A stretch of DNA of 64,000 bases from Schizochytrium sp. TIO01 (taxonomy: Eukaryota > Protista > Bigyra: Labyrinthulomycetes). The notes beneath the pieces are model-generated. The model ran no database searches. It was given only the letters and a program-made list of their open reading frames with translations, and was not told the DNA's origin. Positions 24,101 to 35,370 of the stretch are shown here, piece by piece; the first letter of the stretch is position 1; the number at the start of each line of letters is the position of its first letter. The stretch is taken from positions 186,001 to 250,000 of the forward strand of contig SMSO01000033.1 in assembly GCA_004764695.1 (NCBI GenBank). Reading direction: 5' to 3'. The position numbers and the translations under genes were made by a program.

Positions 24101-27100
24101 TTACATCTTGGTGATCAACAAGTGTCTTCGAGAACTGAGCTCCACAACGCTTCCTTATTTTCGCTCGTAACTAGTCGAGCACAGATGATGTTTACACATG
24201 GCATTTAAAGCAGTTGGGGATGGCGAATCCTAGGGAAAGGCCCATTCCTTCTTGTACAACTTCGAAATCATACGATACACGAAACGAATGGTTATTTCTA
24301 TTGCTATTCCCATGGGAGCAATACAATGAGAAGCCCGCATCCTTTCAGTTCGCTCGTATTCGCAGTTCGCCACAGCCACCAACCTTTTTCAGGGGACTAC
24401 ATGTACCCAACGTCAGAACTCCAAGTCAGATCGACTACATTGCCCAGTACCAGAGGTCCTCGGCCTTCTTCGGCAGCATTGCTTCGCAGCACTGCTCCTC
24501 CCGATGCTCGGTGTCCTCGGGCCCCGCTGAAGCTCCACATCAAAGCCAATCAGCACAGACCGCCTCCTGGACATCTAGATTGTGCTCAGGGACTATCTAT
24601 TGTACTTCAGCCACATAGAATAAGGTATCGCTGAAGCTGGGATTTAGGCCAGCTGACCTTCGATTGTACTCCACAAGCAGCCACTAACATCAGAAGGAGC
24701 GTACGCCCCTAAGCACCCTTACTCAAATGGGTAGGTAGGTAGGTAGGTGGTGGCTTTTCAAGAAACGATTGTTTTCGTCGGAGGCAGGAAGTTGAGGGCT
24801 CAAGCAATAGCTGAGTTTTGAAGGAAATTCGTCGTGAATTAGGGCCACGCATCGTAGTGACGTTGAACTTTCCGCACGAACTTCACAAAATGAATGGGAG
24901 GTTAGAGGAAAGGTCAAGGCAACTTACTTGCATGTCGCCTAACATTTTATCAAAGGTTAGTATATTATTTTAAAAACAAATTTTCAAAAGTCCCTATTTT
25001 AGCAGAAGCTATTCCTACCTAGCATATTCCTAGAACCTGATTAAAAGAGAGACGGAAGCAAGAGGAAACGACGTTCCTGGGTGCCTGCCTGCCTTTCTAG
25101 CATGGCTTCGTCATACAGAGTCTCGCAGCACGGTCCAAAGATTGCAAGCAATCTCAAGGTCTCCGGATTGCTCAAACATCTAGCAACTAAGCCAGCAAGC
25201 CAGCGAGCAAGCCACCACGCTCAGCGGTAGTGTGTTGAAGACGATGCATGATGGCCATCGCTCTTTTTGCAACGTGTCTGTCTAATTTGCACGTGTGGAC
25301 AAAATGTAGTGCTGAATGTTTTATGCTATCTAGGTACTACTAACATTAAAAGGTTTTTTAATATATAACATAATGTTTTAGGCTTCGGGAAGACCTATCT
25401 TCACAGTAATGTTTCTTAGCTGTATCCTTCTCTTTTGTTCCTTTCTAGTGATAATGAGAGCAAGCATATGGCCGACCACAAATCGACAGAAGAAAGTGCG
25501 AGTAAGCTTTCAACCACAGACTTTCCAGAGGGGTTCTCATCGCAGGGAACGTCGCATGCGCCATGAACGATGAATGTACGCCATTTATTCCATGAGGATA
25601 ACGTTGATTGAATTTCACATTGTCTTAATTTTCATCTACTTCGTTCCGCACGTAAATGAGCCATGTCTGAGATTGTGGAAACGAAGAGGCACGCATGCAG
25701 CTCTCAGCATTCCATGCGCTTATCAGGCATGTTCAAAACCAAGATAGCAAATGATCGAACTCCGGTTTGGAGAGGAAACCGAAGGAAACTGCATTGGGCT
25801 TGGTGGGCTTGGCAACGCAGGCCCGGCCACCACTTTTTTGTTTGACAGGATACAGCTAGTATGCACATTATGATGATTTGGAGAGCTGTCATAAGGAACC
25901 TTTCTGCAAAATTCCTGGGTCGAAAATTTGTAGGGGTGGGCGGAGGATGGGGGGTATCTGAAATCCTATGAAGGCTACAAATCTTACAAGCGAAGTCTGA
26001 AAGTTCAATAAAATTGGTATCGATTGTACAGCTCTCCAAAAACTATCCTCTTCCACTGAGTAGCCAGTGCTCATCATCTCGAAATCGCCGCACCTGAGTT
26101 CTCAAGGCAGCCAAACAAGCCCCGGATTTTCAACAAGGCACCGGTGCTCTGTACTCCATCGTGGTTTTTCACGATGCCTCTACAAATCTGCCACGCCTCA
26201 TTCTGGTCAAGCCGCACTGCGCTCAAAAAAGTAGGTTAGGGAAATATTCTAACTAGACTGCAAAAAAGTTTGTTGTTGTTCCAAACCAATGTTCCACCTC
26301 CTTCCATAAAAGCTTACGATGCCTATAATCCCAGTAACAGTACTCCAACCCCTAAGGAAGTCCACTTCAGCGAGGCTGAAACAGTCACCGAGCTTTGAGC
26401 AAGGAAGGGACCCAAGTGGAAGTCGCTCGGTCCCGTGCTCGAGTGAGCTTGCCCAGTCTGAGACCATTCCCAGGCAGGCAGCAGACCGCCTGAGTCTTCG
26501 AATCGATTCCAGTTTATGCGCTCCTTTTCTGGATTCTATGGCGCTCCAGGTCCAAGTGCTCCGGATCGCGCCGGCGATGGCGATCGTGCAGTGCAGAGAG
26601 GGAGCGTGCCCACCAGTCGCTCTTTTTCGCTCTTTTTTCGCTCTTTGGCCAAGACAAACAGTAGCAGTGCCGCTAGCGACACACATATACAAATTGAATA
26701 GCAATTTTAAATAGAATTGATGATGTTAATAAAAAATAAAAAATACAGTATTCATCCTGTTAATGTTGAGTAAAAAACGACTTATTTATTTCATTATATT
26801 TATTTAAAAAAAAAAAAAAAGGAAAAGAGAATTCCCTGTGTCAAAACTACTACGCAAAACTATAGGGCTTTGTCAGAGAAGGAAGGTTTTTCTTTTCCTC
26901 TTCTTTCTTCAAAAAGAGCGATGGCGACACAGCCAGGAACTCAGGAAGGCTGGCAAAGGAGTAGCTGAACGCCCGGATTCCACGAGCTGACGAGAGCAGG
27001 GCCTTTACCCGGGAGGCCGTCTCGAGAATATTCTTGGAGCTGAGAGTCGCCATCGCTCCCAAGCCGCCCTTTCGCCATCGTCTGAGCTCGGGCTGTCTCC

Positions 27101-28454
27101 AAATTCTGGCCGTACGAACAACGATGGTGCCCCCTTTTTGAGATTCGAATTGTTTTTTTTTAGGTTTCTTTGGTTTTTCCTCGTAACTTTCTATGGTCTC
27201 GTCTCATCACGAGACGTCACGTTCCTCGCTCTTTACTTGGTTTGCCTGTCTCGTCAACACGTGCATAGCCTGTATCATAATTACTGCACCTCCATGGATC
27301 GCTGTCTTTTCGTTTGTCTTTGCATCACCACGAGTGATCACATCTTTTCACTAGCTTTGCTTCTGCGGGGGGTGTTCACCTATATTGTGCATAGTCTGAT
27401 GGGAATGGCACGCCTATTTAAAGCGAGTTTAAACATAGCAGACAGAGACACACACACCTTGCAATTCCTTCTTTTAGCAGCCCACAGCCCCTCAGACAGT
27501 GATTTAGGTGACGCTGTTATAGAGGTGGGAATCTCTCTGAACTTTGGCAATAACAGAAAAAAGAAAAGAGAAAAAAGAGTAACCTTCATGATGACTCTAT
27601 GAATATTTTCTACTGCTAAGGAGTAGTGTAGTGCTAGTATTAGTGTTGCCAGGTATTATAAATAAAAATTAAACGATTTAGATCGAGAGTAATTTGAACG
27701 AGATGAAGAATTCGGGCTGATCGAAACCTAATCTGTAAATTTAAGATCCATGGCAAACAACTCAAAATTTGAGTATGTAGCGCTGCTTGATAAGTTGTCG
27801 ATAGTAAAAAAAGACAGAGCCGGGATCTCTGGAGGATCAAACTGGACTCTCTCCACTACCATCCCATGGTATCGTCATGGTATCGCCATGAGCTTTACGA
27901 GGGATTCTCCCTCTTTGCTTTTACTTAGCCACTCCTCTTTATTAATCAAAACATGAATAACTAAAAATAACTATTTGAAAAGGAGATCTTATACCTACGC
28001 ATTAAAAAAAAATTAGGTTCATGATGAAAGAAGGGCTTTCTTCCAGCCGCTATTACCAATTCCCTTTTACTTGCAGCAGTACCATCATATGTTACCCACA
28101 GCTGCGGCAGTGCTATCAATTTTTGGTAGCATCACACTCCCCTCAGCTATTCCCTTTCTTTCTTTCCTGCTCTTGCTCTGGCAGGACATTCATTGAAGCC
28201 TGGACTTTTCAGAAGGATCTATCGGCGTGAAGAAGAGATCGAATCGGAGACGTTCTGCTCGGTCTGATCGCCTTCGCATCCAACCTGCATGCGGGATTAT
28301 TGCCTCCCAGCCTGCTTTAGAGCATCCGCTTCGAAACGATCGCAGCATTCACTTGGGACACGAGTGTCAACCACACTGGTCACCTCCATTTCTTCTCATT
28401 CAACAAAAAGAACTCGAACTTAATTAAATAAATGTGCGACTGATTCAATGAACC

Positions 28455-28504
28455 AATGAATGAATGAATGAATGAATGAATGAATGAATGAATGAATGAA
28501 TGAA
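28455..28504. repeat. (AATG)n microsatellite
   Basis: About 12 copies; shorter copies at ~11604-11633 (as TTCA), ~28733-28751, ~51785-51803 and ~56010-56043. Confidence 0.95.
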
Positions 28505-29445
28505 AGTGTATGAAGGCTATGAAGCAGAAGCGTCGATCAGAGGACTGACTCCCGCCTCACTTGAAGTCGGCACAGCCATTAATTCGCCAGAGCTCAAGTC
28601 CTCCGGGAGCTACTCGGTCGGGAAGGCGGGCCTTCACGGGAGAGCGAGCTCTGGAAGGCGGCGCTTGCAGGCTGCGATTCAGGCCACATTCGCGCAAGAT
28701 CGCACTTATCAGGAGCGCGAGTTGAAGCACGGATGAATGAATGAATGAATGTGCCTTCCTATTCTAATGAATAGCCAAAGGAACCTGCTAACTTTTAACT
28801 TTACAAATTTAATTTGTAAAATTTAATTTGTAAAATTTAACCAAAAACATTATTTTTATTAAAACCAAATCAAAATGTAGGCACGCAGACATGGCACGGG
28901 AGCTAACGCTGCCAATCACTCGGACTCTCGATGCCGTCAGAGCCGACGATGGCCTTTAGAAAGGAACGATGGGGGAGGTGGACCAGGCTCAAGCTGCCTC
29001 CACGCAGTACGGCCGAGCAGCCAAATGACAGCGGCGAAGGCAATCGGGAGTAAATGTTTGGCACGGATATCGCAAACCAACTTCTCAGAGGAAGTGTGAG
29101 GAGGAAGTGAGAGAGGGAAAGAAAAGAAAAGAAAAGAAAAGAGAAGGGAAGAAAAAGAGAAAAGAGAGTAGGTTCAGATAGTAGTCCCTAGGCCCCAAAA
29201 GTGAGTTAGTGAGATCTGAAAAGAAGAGCTTCCCCTCTAATGACGTAGTAGGCCATAGCACTTGTTAGTGATGATGGGAAAGGAACAAGTTCAAAGATGG
29301 AGGTCCCTTCGCGCGCGTGGAAACCACCAAAGCAAGCAAACCCAAATCATCAACCACAAGCCAGGGAGCTTGAGGTTTGGAGAAGAGTGAAACACAGAAA
29401 TCATCAAGCGGCCTGCCTTGTACGAGCACGGCAGGCGGTAAAGAC

Positions 29446-32400
29446 ATGATGCCACCCGTTAAGACTCTAGCGTGGGGCACAGTCGTGGTTCATATCCTTG
29501 CGCTCCGTGATCAACAAGTCGCAGGCGCAAGACCCGGATCATGTGATGCGACAACAGACACCATTTACATGCCATCTGCTGCATACTGCGAAGACTCTAG
29601 CTCTGGCCTCAGCTTTACAGATGGTGGCAGTACAACAGGGATAAACGAAGCTTGTTGTGGAGACTATGGAACAGAGAGAGATGATATGCGGAGAATCCTT
29701 CAGACATTAGGGAGTGATGAATCTTCAAGGTGCCGAAGCATCGAGCTTGACACAGCCTTTTGCCCAAGTGATTCAGACTGTGTTGTCTCAGAAACAAATC
29801 TCACAATGGATGTAAGCTTTGTGGCAGACGACACATCATGCTGCTCTACTTGCCAATGCTGGGGTGACCCCTTTTGTGTGGATTTTGCTGGCGAACGTGA
29901 AGAATGGGTCATTTGCGATTCGCGAAATAAGAACACATGCAACCAGCAAAGATCAAAATGTAAGAAGCATACTTACGACCATCTCGGAAACCAATGCGTA
30001 TGGGTCAAGAACTCAAAGCTTGTTGGTGAATCAGGATCTACATGGCGTGGCTGGGACCTCGATGGCAGTCCATGCCAGTCCAAATCAATCTGGACTGGCG
30101 ACACAAGCAAGCCATTGCCTGTCATGCTTATGTACTCTAGGAATGATTTCTCAATTTATCTCATACTTGGCGAGCGAGGTGTAATCACGAACACAAAGAT
30201 CGTGACAGCGGATGGAACAAACTACACTCTTAACGCGATGGACTGTCTTGACAACCCAAACTCGACATCTGTTTGGGAAATCGAAGGTACTTCATCGAGC
30301 TTGCCTGACTCCTGGAGCGTGAGTGAACTCTCTGAATATGAAGTGCAATGGCGCATTGCATCTTCTGATGGGCTAGTTTTTGCAAATGCAACTTGTGTAA
30401 GGTTGGCTGAGCGTGCACGCCTTGACTTAACCGTTATTGATACTCAAAACACAAACACCACATCTGGTAGCCCTGCCGGCTACTGCCCAAGTGGTGTGAT
30501 CGCCGAGAAAGCTATTGCATATTCCAAAGGAGAAAAAAATACTCTATCCACAGCACATAGCTCTACGTGTGTTCAAAAGGAAATTGGATCTTGCGGATCC
30601 GCTTGTAAAGCTTTTGTTACGCAAGATTGCCAGGTCGACTACAATCTTGACAGAAACGTCAAATATTGGTGCTCAATTACAGATTTAAGCTACCTTGATA
30701 CTCCCATGTCTGCCGATGAATGTTATGAAGCTATCATGACACCCACGGATGGAGAGACATGCAATGCTGCTGCATGGGCCAATATGATATGTGAAATTGA
30801 TGCAAACCTCGTAGGAACGACGAACTACTATGACAAGTGTTTGTCTACAATCGCAGAATTCGGTTTCTACCAGTACTATGACGAGCGTCTAGCCGAGGAC
30901 CTTACGCCACATCTCCCCACCCAACCATACGGAGCAACATCGTGTGGTGCATCTGTTGCTGATTATGGTCTTCAAACCTCAGACTGTGAAAGAGGTGCAG
31001 CAGTAGAATACTACGACGCTGACCTTGATTACTGGGTTCAAGCATTTTTTATCCCGGAAAGCAAACCACCCTGCAATGGCTCGCTTTCCATTCTTGGCAG
31101 TGAGTACCCAGTGTTACTTCAAAACCCAATCCGTGTTTCGCAATGTTCAGTTCTGGAGTCAAAGTGCCAGATTGAAAATGCGTGCCAGCCTGTGTCTGGC
31201 GTCAACGTTGATTTCTTGTTTTCTGCCTCCGCGGAAGCATGCCCGACCGATGAACGTCCTACCAAAGCACCTACTCCACAGCCTACACTCCTGCCTACGG
31301 CATACCCCACTTCAATGCCTACAATCAGCCCAATTGAAGCCTGTTATCTCGACGACATAAAATACAAGGGTGACCAGATCGGCTCGTATAAGAGATTGAC
31401 ATCGCTTGAACTTTGCCAAGAGTTTTGCTTGTCAAAAGATGCGTGTGAATACTTTTCCTTTTTTGGAAAACGGAACAAATGTTTCATTTATAGATCCATC
31501 ACAGAGGAGGTAGCAGTGTCCGCCTCTAAACTGTACGTATCAGCATCAAAGGAATGCGTTGTGGAACCCTCAGGCGAAACACCTGCACCAACTTTGCAGC
31601 CTACAATTGATCCAGCGTCCTCTACAGGGGCTCCTTCATTAGCACCATCTAACGTGCCCACCTCCAGCCCCACTGATGTTCCCACCTTGGCACCTACCGA
31701 TGCTCCTACACAAGCCCCGAGCGATGCTCCCACATCAGCGCCATCTGACGTGCCAACATCGAGCCCCACTGATGTTCCCACCTTGGCACCTACCGATGCT
31801 CCTACACAAGCCCCGAGCGATGCTCCCACATCAGCGCCATCTGACGTGCCAACATCGAGCCCCACTGATGTTCCTACGCAAGCCCCGAGCGATGCCCCTA
31901 CATCAGCGCCATCTGACGTGCCGACATCGAGCCCCACGGATACTCCTACGCAAGCCCCGAGCGATGCCCCTACATCAGCGCCATCTGACATGCCGACATC
32001 TGACGTGCCAACATCGAGCCCCACTGATGCTCCTACATCAGCACCGAGCGATGCCCCTACATCAGCGCCATCTGACGTGCCGACATCGAGCCCCACTGAT
32101 GTTCCTACGCAAGCCCCGAGCGATGCTCCTACATCCGCACCATCTGACGTGCCGACATCGAGCCCCACTGATGCCCCTACATCAGCACCGAGCGATGCCC
32201 CTACATCAGCGCCATCTGACGTGCCGACATCGAGCCCCACTGATGCTCCTACATCAGCACCGAGCGATGCTCCTACATCAGCGCCATCTGACGTGCCGAC
32301 ATCGAGCCCCACTGATGTTCCTACGCAAGCCCCGAGCGATGCTCCTACATCAGCACCATCTGACGTGCCAACATCGAGCCCCACCGATGCTCCTACATCA

Positions 32401-35370
32401 GCACCGAGCGATGCTCCTACATCAGCGCCATCTGACGTGCCGACATCGAGCCCCACTGATGTTCCTACGCAAGCCCCGAGCGATGCTCCTACATCCGCAC
32501 CATCTGACGTGCCGACATCGAGCCCCACTGATACCCCTACATCAGCGCCATCTGACGTGCCGACATCGAGCCCCACTGATGTTCCTACGCAAGCCCCGAG
32601 CGATGCTCCTACATCAGCGCCATCTGACGTGCCAACATCGAGCCCCACCGATGCTCCTACATCAGCACCGAGCGATGCTCCTACATCAGCGCCATCTGAC
32701 GTGCCGACATCGAGCCCCACTGATGCTCCTACATCAGCACCGAGCGATGCTCCTACATCAGCGCCATCTGACGTGCCCACATCGAGCCCCACTGATGCTC
32801 CTACATCAGCGCCATCTGATGTGCCCACATCGAGCCCCACTGATGCTCCTACGCAAGCCCCGAGTGATGCTCCTACATCAGCACCATCTGATGTGCCAAC
32901 AGTACAGCCAACCTTATCGCCATCGACCTGTACAGACTACACACTAGGTCGATGGACACCAGCCGGATATGATACTATTAAAAATGTCGCCACTTGGGAA
33001 GACTGTCAAGACCTTTGCGATGCAGATTCCGAATGTAATTATTGGTCTTACCATGGCGTAGCAACCAGTAGTAACGACAATTATGGCTACACCTGTATTC
33101 TGTTCAACTCGGTTAACTCTTTGACTCAAACAGGATCTCAGAGCACCTGGTTATCAAGCTGCCCTATAACAGTGACTTCAAGTCCCACTTTACCACCCTC
33201 TACAACGCCCACGTTAGCCCCAAGTGATGCCCCTACATCGGCGCCAACTGATGCTCCCACATCGGCACCAACTGATGCTCCCACATCGGCACCAACTGAT
33301 GCTCCCACATCGGCACCAACTGATGCTCCTACTTCGGCGCCAACTGATGCTCCTACATCGGCGCCAACTGATGCTCCCACATCGGCACCAACTGATGCTC
33401 CTACTTCGGCGCCAACTGATGCTCCTACGGTAGCCCCGTCTGATGCCCCTACATCGGCGCCAACTGATGCTCCTACATCAGCGCCTACTGATGCACCCAC
33501 GTTAGCCCCGAGTGATGCTCCTACATCGGCGCCAACTGATGCTCCTACGTTAGCCCCGAGTGATGCTCCCACATCGGCACCAACTGATGCTCCCACATCG
33601 GCACCAACTGATGCTCCTACTTCGGCGCCAACTGATGCTCCTACATCGGCGCCAACTGATGCTCCCACATCGGCACCAACTGATGCTCCTACTTCGGCGC
33701 CAACTGATGCTCCTACTTCGGCGCCAACTGATGCTCCTACGGTAGCCCCGTCTGATGCCCCTACATCGGCGCCAACTGATGCTCCTACATCAGCGCCTAC
33801 TGATGCACCCACGTTAGCCCCGAGTGATGCTCCTACATCGGCGCCAACTGATGCTCCTACGTTAGCCCCGAGTGATGCTCCCACATCGGCACCAACTGAT
33901 GCTCCCACATCGGCACCAACTGATGCTCCTACTTCGGCGCCAACTGATGCTCCTACATCGGCGCCAACTGATGCTCCCACATCGGCACCAACTGATGCTC
34001 CCACATCGGCACCAACTGATGCTCCTACTTCGGCGCCAACTGATGCTCCTACATCGGCGCCAACTGATGCTCCCACATCGGCACCAACTGATGCTCCTAC
34101 ATCGGCGCCAACTGATGCTCCCACATCGGCACCAACTGATGCTCCTACTTCGGCGCCAACTGATGCTCCTACTTCGGCGCCAACTGATGCTCCTACGGTA
34201 GCCCCGTCTGATGCCCCTACATCGGCGCCAACTGATGCTCCTACATCGGCGCCAACTGATGCTCCCACATCGGCACCAACTGATGCTCCTACATCAGCAC
34301 CTACTGATGCACCCACGTTAGCCCCGAGTGATGCTCCCACGTCGGCACCAACTGATGCTCCTACATCAGCGCCTACTGATGCACCCACGTTAGCCCCGAG
34401 TGATGCTCCCACGTCGGCACCAACTGATGCTCCTACATCAGCGCCTACTGATGCACCCACGTTAGCCCCGAGTGATGCTCCTACGTTAGCCCCGAGTGAT
34501 GCCCCTACATCGGCGCCAACTGATGCTCCTACATCGGCGCCAACTGATGCTCCCACATCGGCACCAACTGATGCTCCTACATCAGCGCCTACTGATGTAC
34601 CCACGTTAGCCCCGAGTGATGCTCCTACATCGGCGCCAACTGATGCTCCTACATCAGCGCCTACTGATACACCCACGTTAGCCCCGAGTGATGCTCCCAC
34701 ATCGGCACCAACTGATGCTCCTACATCAGCGCCTACTGATGCACCCACGTTAGCCCCGAGTGATGCTCCCACATCGGCACCAACTGATGCTCCTACATCA
34801 GCGCCTACTGATGTACCCACGTTAGCCCCGAGTGATGCTCCTACATCGGCGCCAACTGATGCTCCTACATCAGCGCCTACTGATGCACCCACGTTAGCCC
34901 CGAGTGATGCTCCCACATCGGCACCAACTGATGCTCCTACATCGGCGCCAACTGAAGCTCCCACGTTAGCCCCGAGTGATGCTCCTACACAAGCACCATC
35001 TTCTTCGCCAACACCAAGCCCTACTCCGTTGCCAACGAGCAACCCAGCGTCTTCCGCAGGCGATACATCCTCTCCAACGGGCAGCCCAGGCACCTGCTCC
35101 GGGACTACACCTGGACATTACAATGGAAATAATAAGCAACAGCTCAATGATTACAGTAAGATCGAAACCTATCAAGAGTGCAAAGAACTATGCGAAGAAG
35201 ACCCCGAATGCAACTATTGGTCCTATCACGGTGCAGCAGCCAACAATAATGCGGACGTGGGCTATCACTGTCACACCTTTTCTTCTTACCAGAGCTTTGT
35301 CGAAACAGGAGACTCAAGCACATGGGTATCCAACTGCCCTGGCGACCCGGTTCATGGCGGAAGCTCTTAA
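29446..35370 (+). CDS. Giant secreted mucin-like protein B: same Cys-rich head, 3 PAN/Apple-like domains, Ala/Ser/Asp-rich Pro-Thr repeats
   Basis: First ATG at 29446 (MMPPVKTLAWGTVVVHILAL, weaker signal peptide). The head is colinear with protein A ([34 protein letters not shown]). PAN-like domains at ~31342-31557, ~32929-33162 and ~35095-35337. Confidence 0.88.
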   Translation: MMPPVKTLAWGTVVVHILALRDQQVAGARPGSCDATTDTIYMPSAAYCEDSSSGLSFTDGGSTTGINEACCGDYGTERDDMRRILQTLGSDESSRCRSIELDTAFCPSDSDCVVSETNLTMDVSFVADDTSCCSTCQCWGDPFCVDFAGEREEWVICDSRNKNTCNQQRSKCKKHTYDHLGNQCVWVKNSKLVGESGSTWRGWDLDGSPCQSKSIWTGDTSKPLPVMLMYSRNDFSIYLILGERGVITNTKIVTADGTNYTLNAMDCLDNPNSTSVWEIEGTSSSLPDSWSVSELSEYEVQWRIASSDGLVFANATCVRLAERARLDLTVIDTQNTNTTSGSPAGYCPSGVIAEKAIAYSKGEKNTLSTAHSSTCVQKEIGSCGSACKAFVTQDCQVDYNLDRNVKYWCSITDLSYLDTPMSADECYEAIMTPTDGETCNAAAWANMICEIDANLVGTTNYYDKCLSTIAEFGFYQYYDERLAEDLTPHLPTQPYGATSCGASVADYGLQTSDCERGAAVEYYDADLDYWVQAFFIPESKPPCNGSLSILGSEYPVLLQNPIRVSQCSVLESKCQIENACQPVSGVNVDFLFSASAEACPTDERPTKAPTPQPTLLPTAYPTSMPTISPIEACYLDDIKYKGDQIGSYKRLTSLELCQEFCLSKDACEYFSFFGKRNKCFIYRSITEEVAVSASKLYVSASKECVVEPSGETPAPTLQPTIDPASSTGAPSLAPSNVPTSSPTDVPTLAPTDAPTQAPSDAPTSAPSDVPTSSPTDVPTLAPTDAPTQAPSDAPTSAPSDVPTSSPTDVPTQAPSDAPTSAPSDVPTSSPTDTPTQAPSDAPTSAPSDMPTSDVPTSSPTDAPTSAPSDAPTSAPSDVPTSSPTDVPTQAPSDAPTSAPSDVPTSSPTDAPTSAPSDAPTSAPSDVPTSSPTDAPTSAPSDAPTSAPSDVPTSSPTDVPTQAPSDAPTSAPSDVPTSSPTDAPTSAPSDAPTSAPSDVPTSSPTDVPTQAPSDAPTSAPSDVPTSSPTDTPTSAPSDVPTSSPTDVPTQAPSDAPTSAPSDVPTSSPTDAPTSAPSDAPTSAPSDVPTSSPTDAPTSAPSDAPTSAPSDVPTSSPTDAPTSAPSDVPTSSPTDAPTQAPSDAPTSAPSDVPTVQPTLSPSTCTDYTLGRWTPAGYDTIKNVATWEDCQDLCDADSECNYWSYHGVATSSNDNYGYTCILFNSVNSLTQTGSQSTWLSSCPITVTSSPTLPPSTTPTLAPSDAPTSAPTDAPTSAPTDAPTSAPTDAPTSAPTDAPTSAPTDAPTSAPTDAPTSAPTDAPTSAPTDAPTVAPSDAPTSAPTDAPTSAPTDAPTLAPSDAPTSAPTDAPTLAPSDAPTSAPTDAPTSAPTDAPTSAPTDAPTSAPTDAPTSAPTDAPTSAPTDAPTSAPTDAPTVAPSDAPTSAPTDAPTSAPTDAPTLAPSDAPTSAPTDAPTLAPSDAPTSAPTDAPTSAPTDAPTSAPTDAPTSAPTDAPTSAPTDAPTSAPTDAPTSAPTDAPTSAPTDAPTSAPTDAPTSAPTDAPTSAPTDAPTSAPTDAPTSAPTDAPTVAPSDAPTSAPTDAPTSAPTDAPTSAPTDAPTSAPTDAPTLAPSDAPTSAPTDAPTSAPTDAPTLAPSDAPTSAPTDAPTSAPTDAPTLAPSDAPTLAPSDAPTSAPTDAPTSAPTDAPTSAPTDAPTSAPTDVPTLAPSDAPTSAPTDAPTSAPTDTPTLAPSDAPTSAPTDAPTSAPTDAPTLAPSDAPTSAPTDAPTSAPTDVPTLAPSDAPTSAPTDAPTSAPTDAPTLAPSDAPTSAPTDAPTSAPTEAPTLAPSDAPTQAPSSSPTPSPTPLPTSNPASSAGDTSSPTGSPGTCSGTTPGHYNGNNKQQLNDYSKIETYQECKELCEEDPECNYWSYHGAAANNNADVGYHCHTFSSYQSFVETGDSSTWVSNCPGDPVHGGSS
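31650..32900 (+). repeat. Coding tandem repeat (APSD-APTS-APSD-VPTS-SPTD...), 12-bp base period
   Basis: Direct inspection of DNA and translation. Confidence 0.95.
33205..35000 (+). repeat. Coding tandem repeat (APTD-APTS)n, 24-bp unit, with a 312-bp higher-order duplication
   Basis: GCTCCTACGGTAGCCCCGTCTGATGCC recurs at 33421, 33733 and 34189. Confidence 0.95.

Noticed and set aside
26850-27062. Short minus-strand ORF resembling a mitochondrial presequence (MATLSSKNILETASRVKALLSSARGIRAFS)
   Set aside because: Runs into a simple-sequence tract and stops; no downstream exon or domain identified.
31488-35093. Antisense (GADVGASV)n ORFs and alternative-frame His/Leu/Arg ORFs in gene B, and similar ones in gene C
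   Set aside because: Same repeat-shadow artefact; no independent start context or domain.
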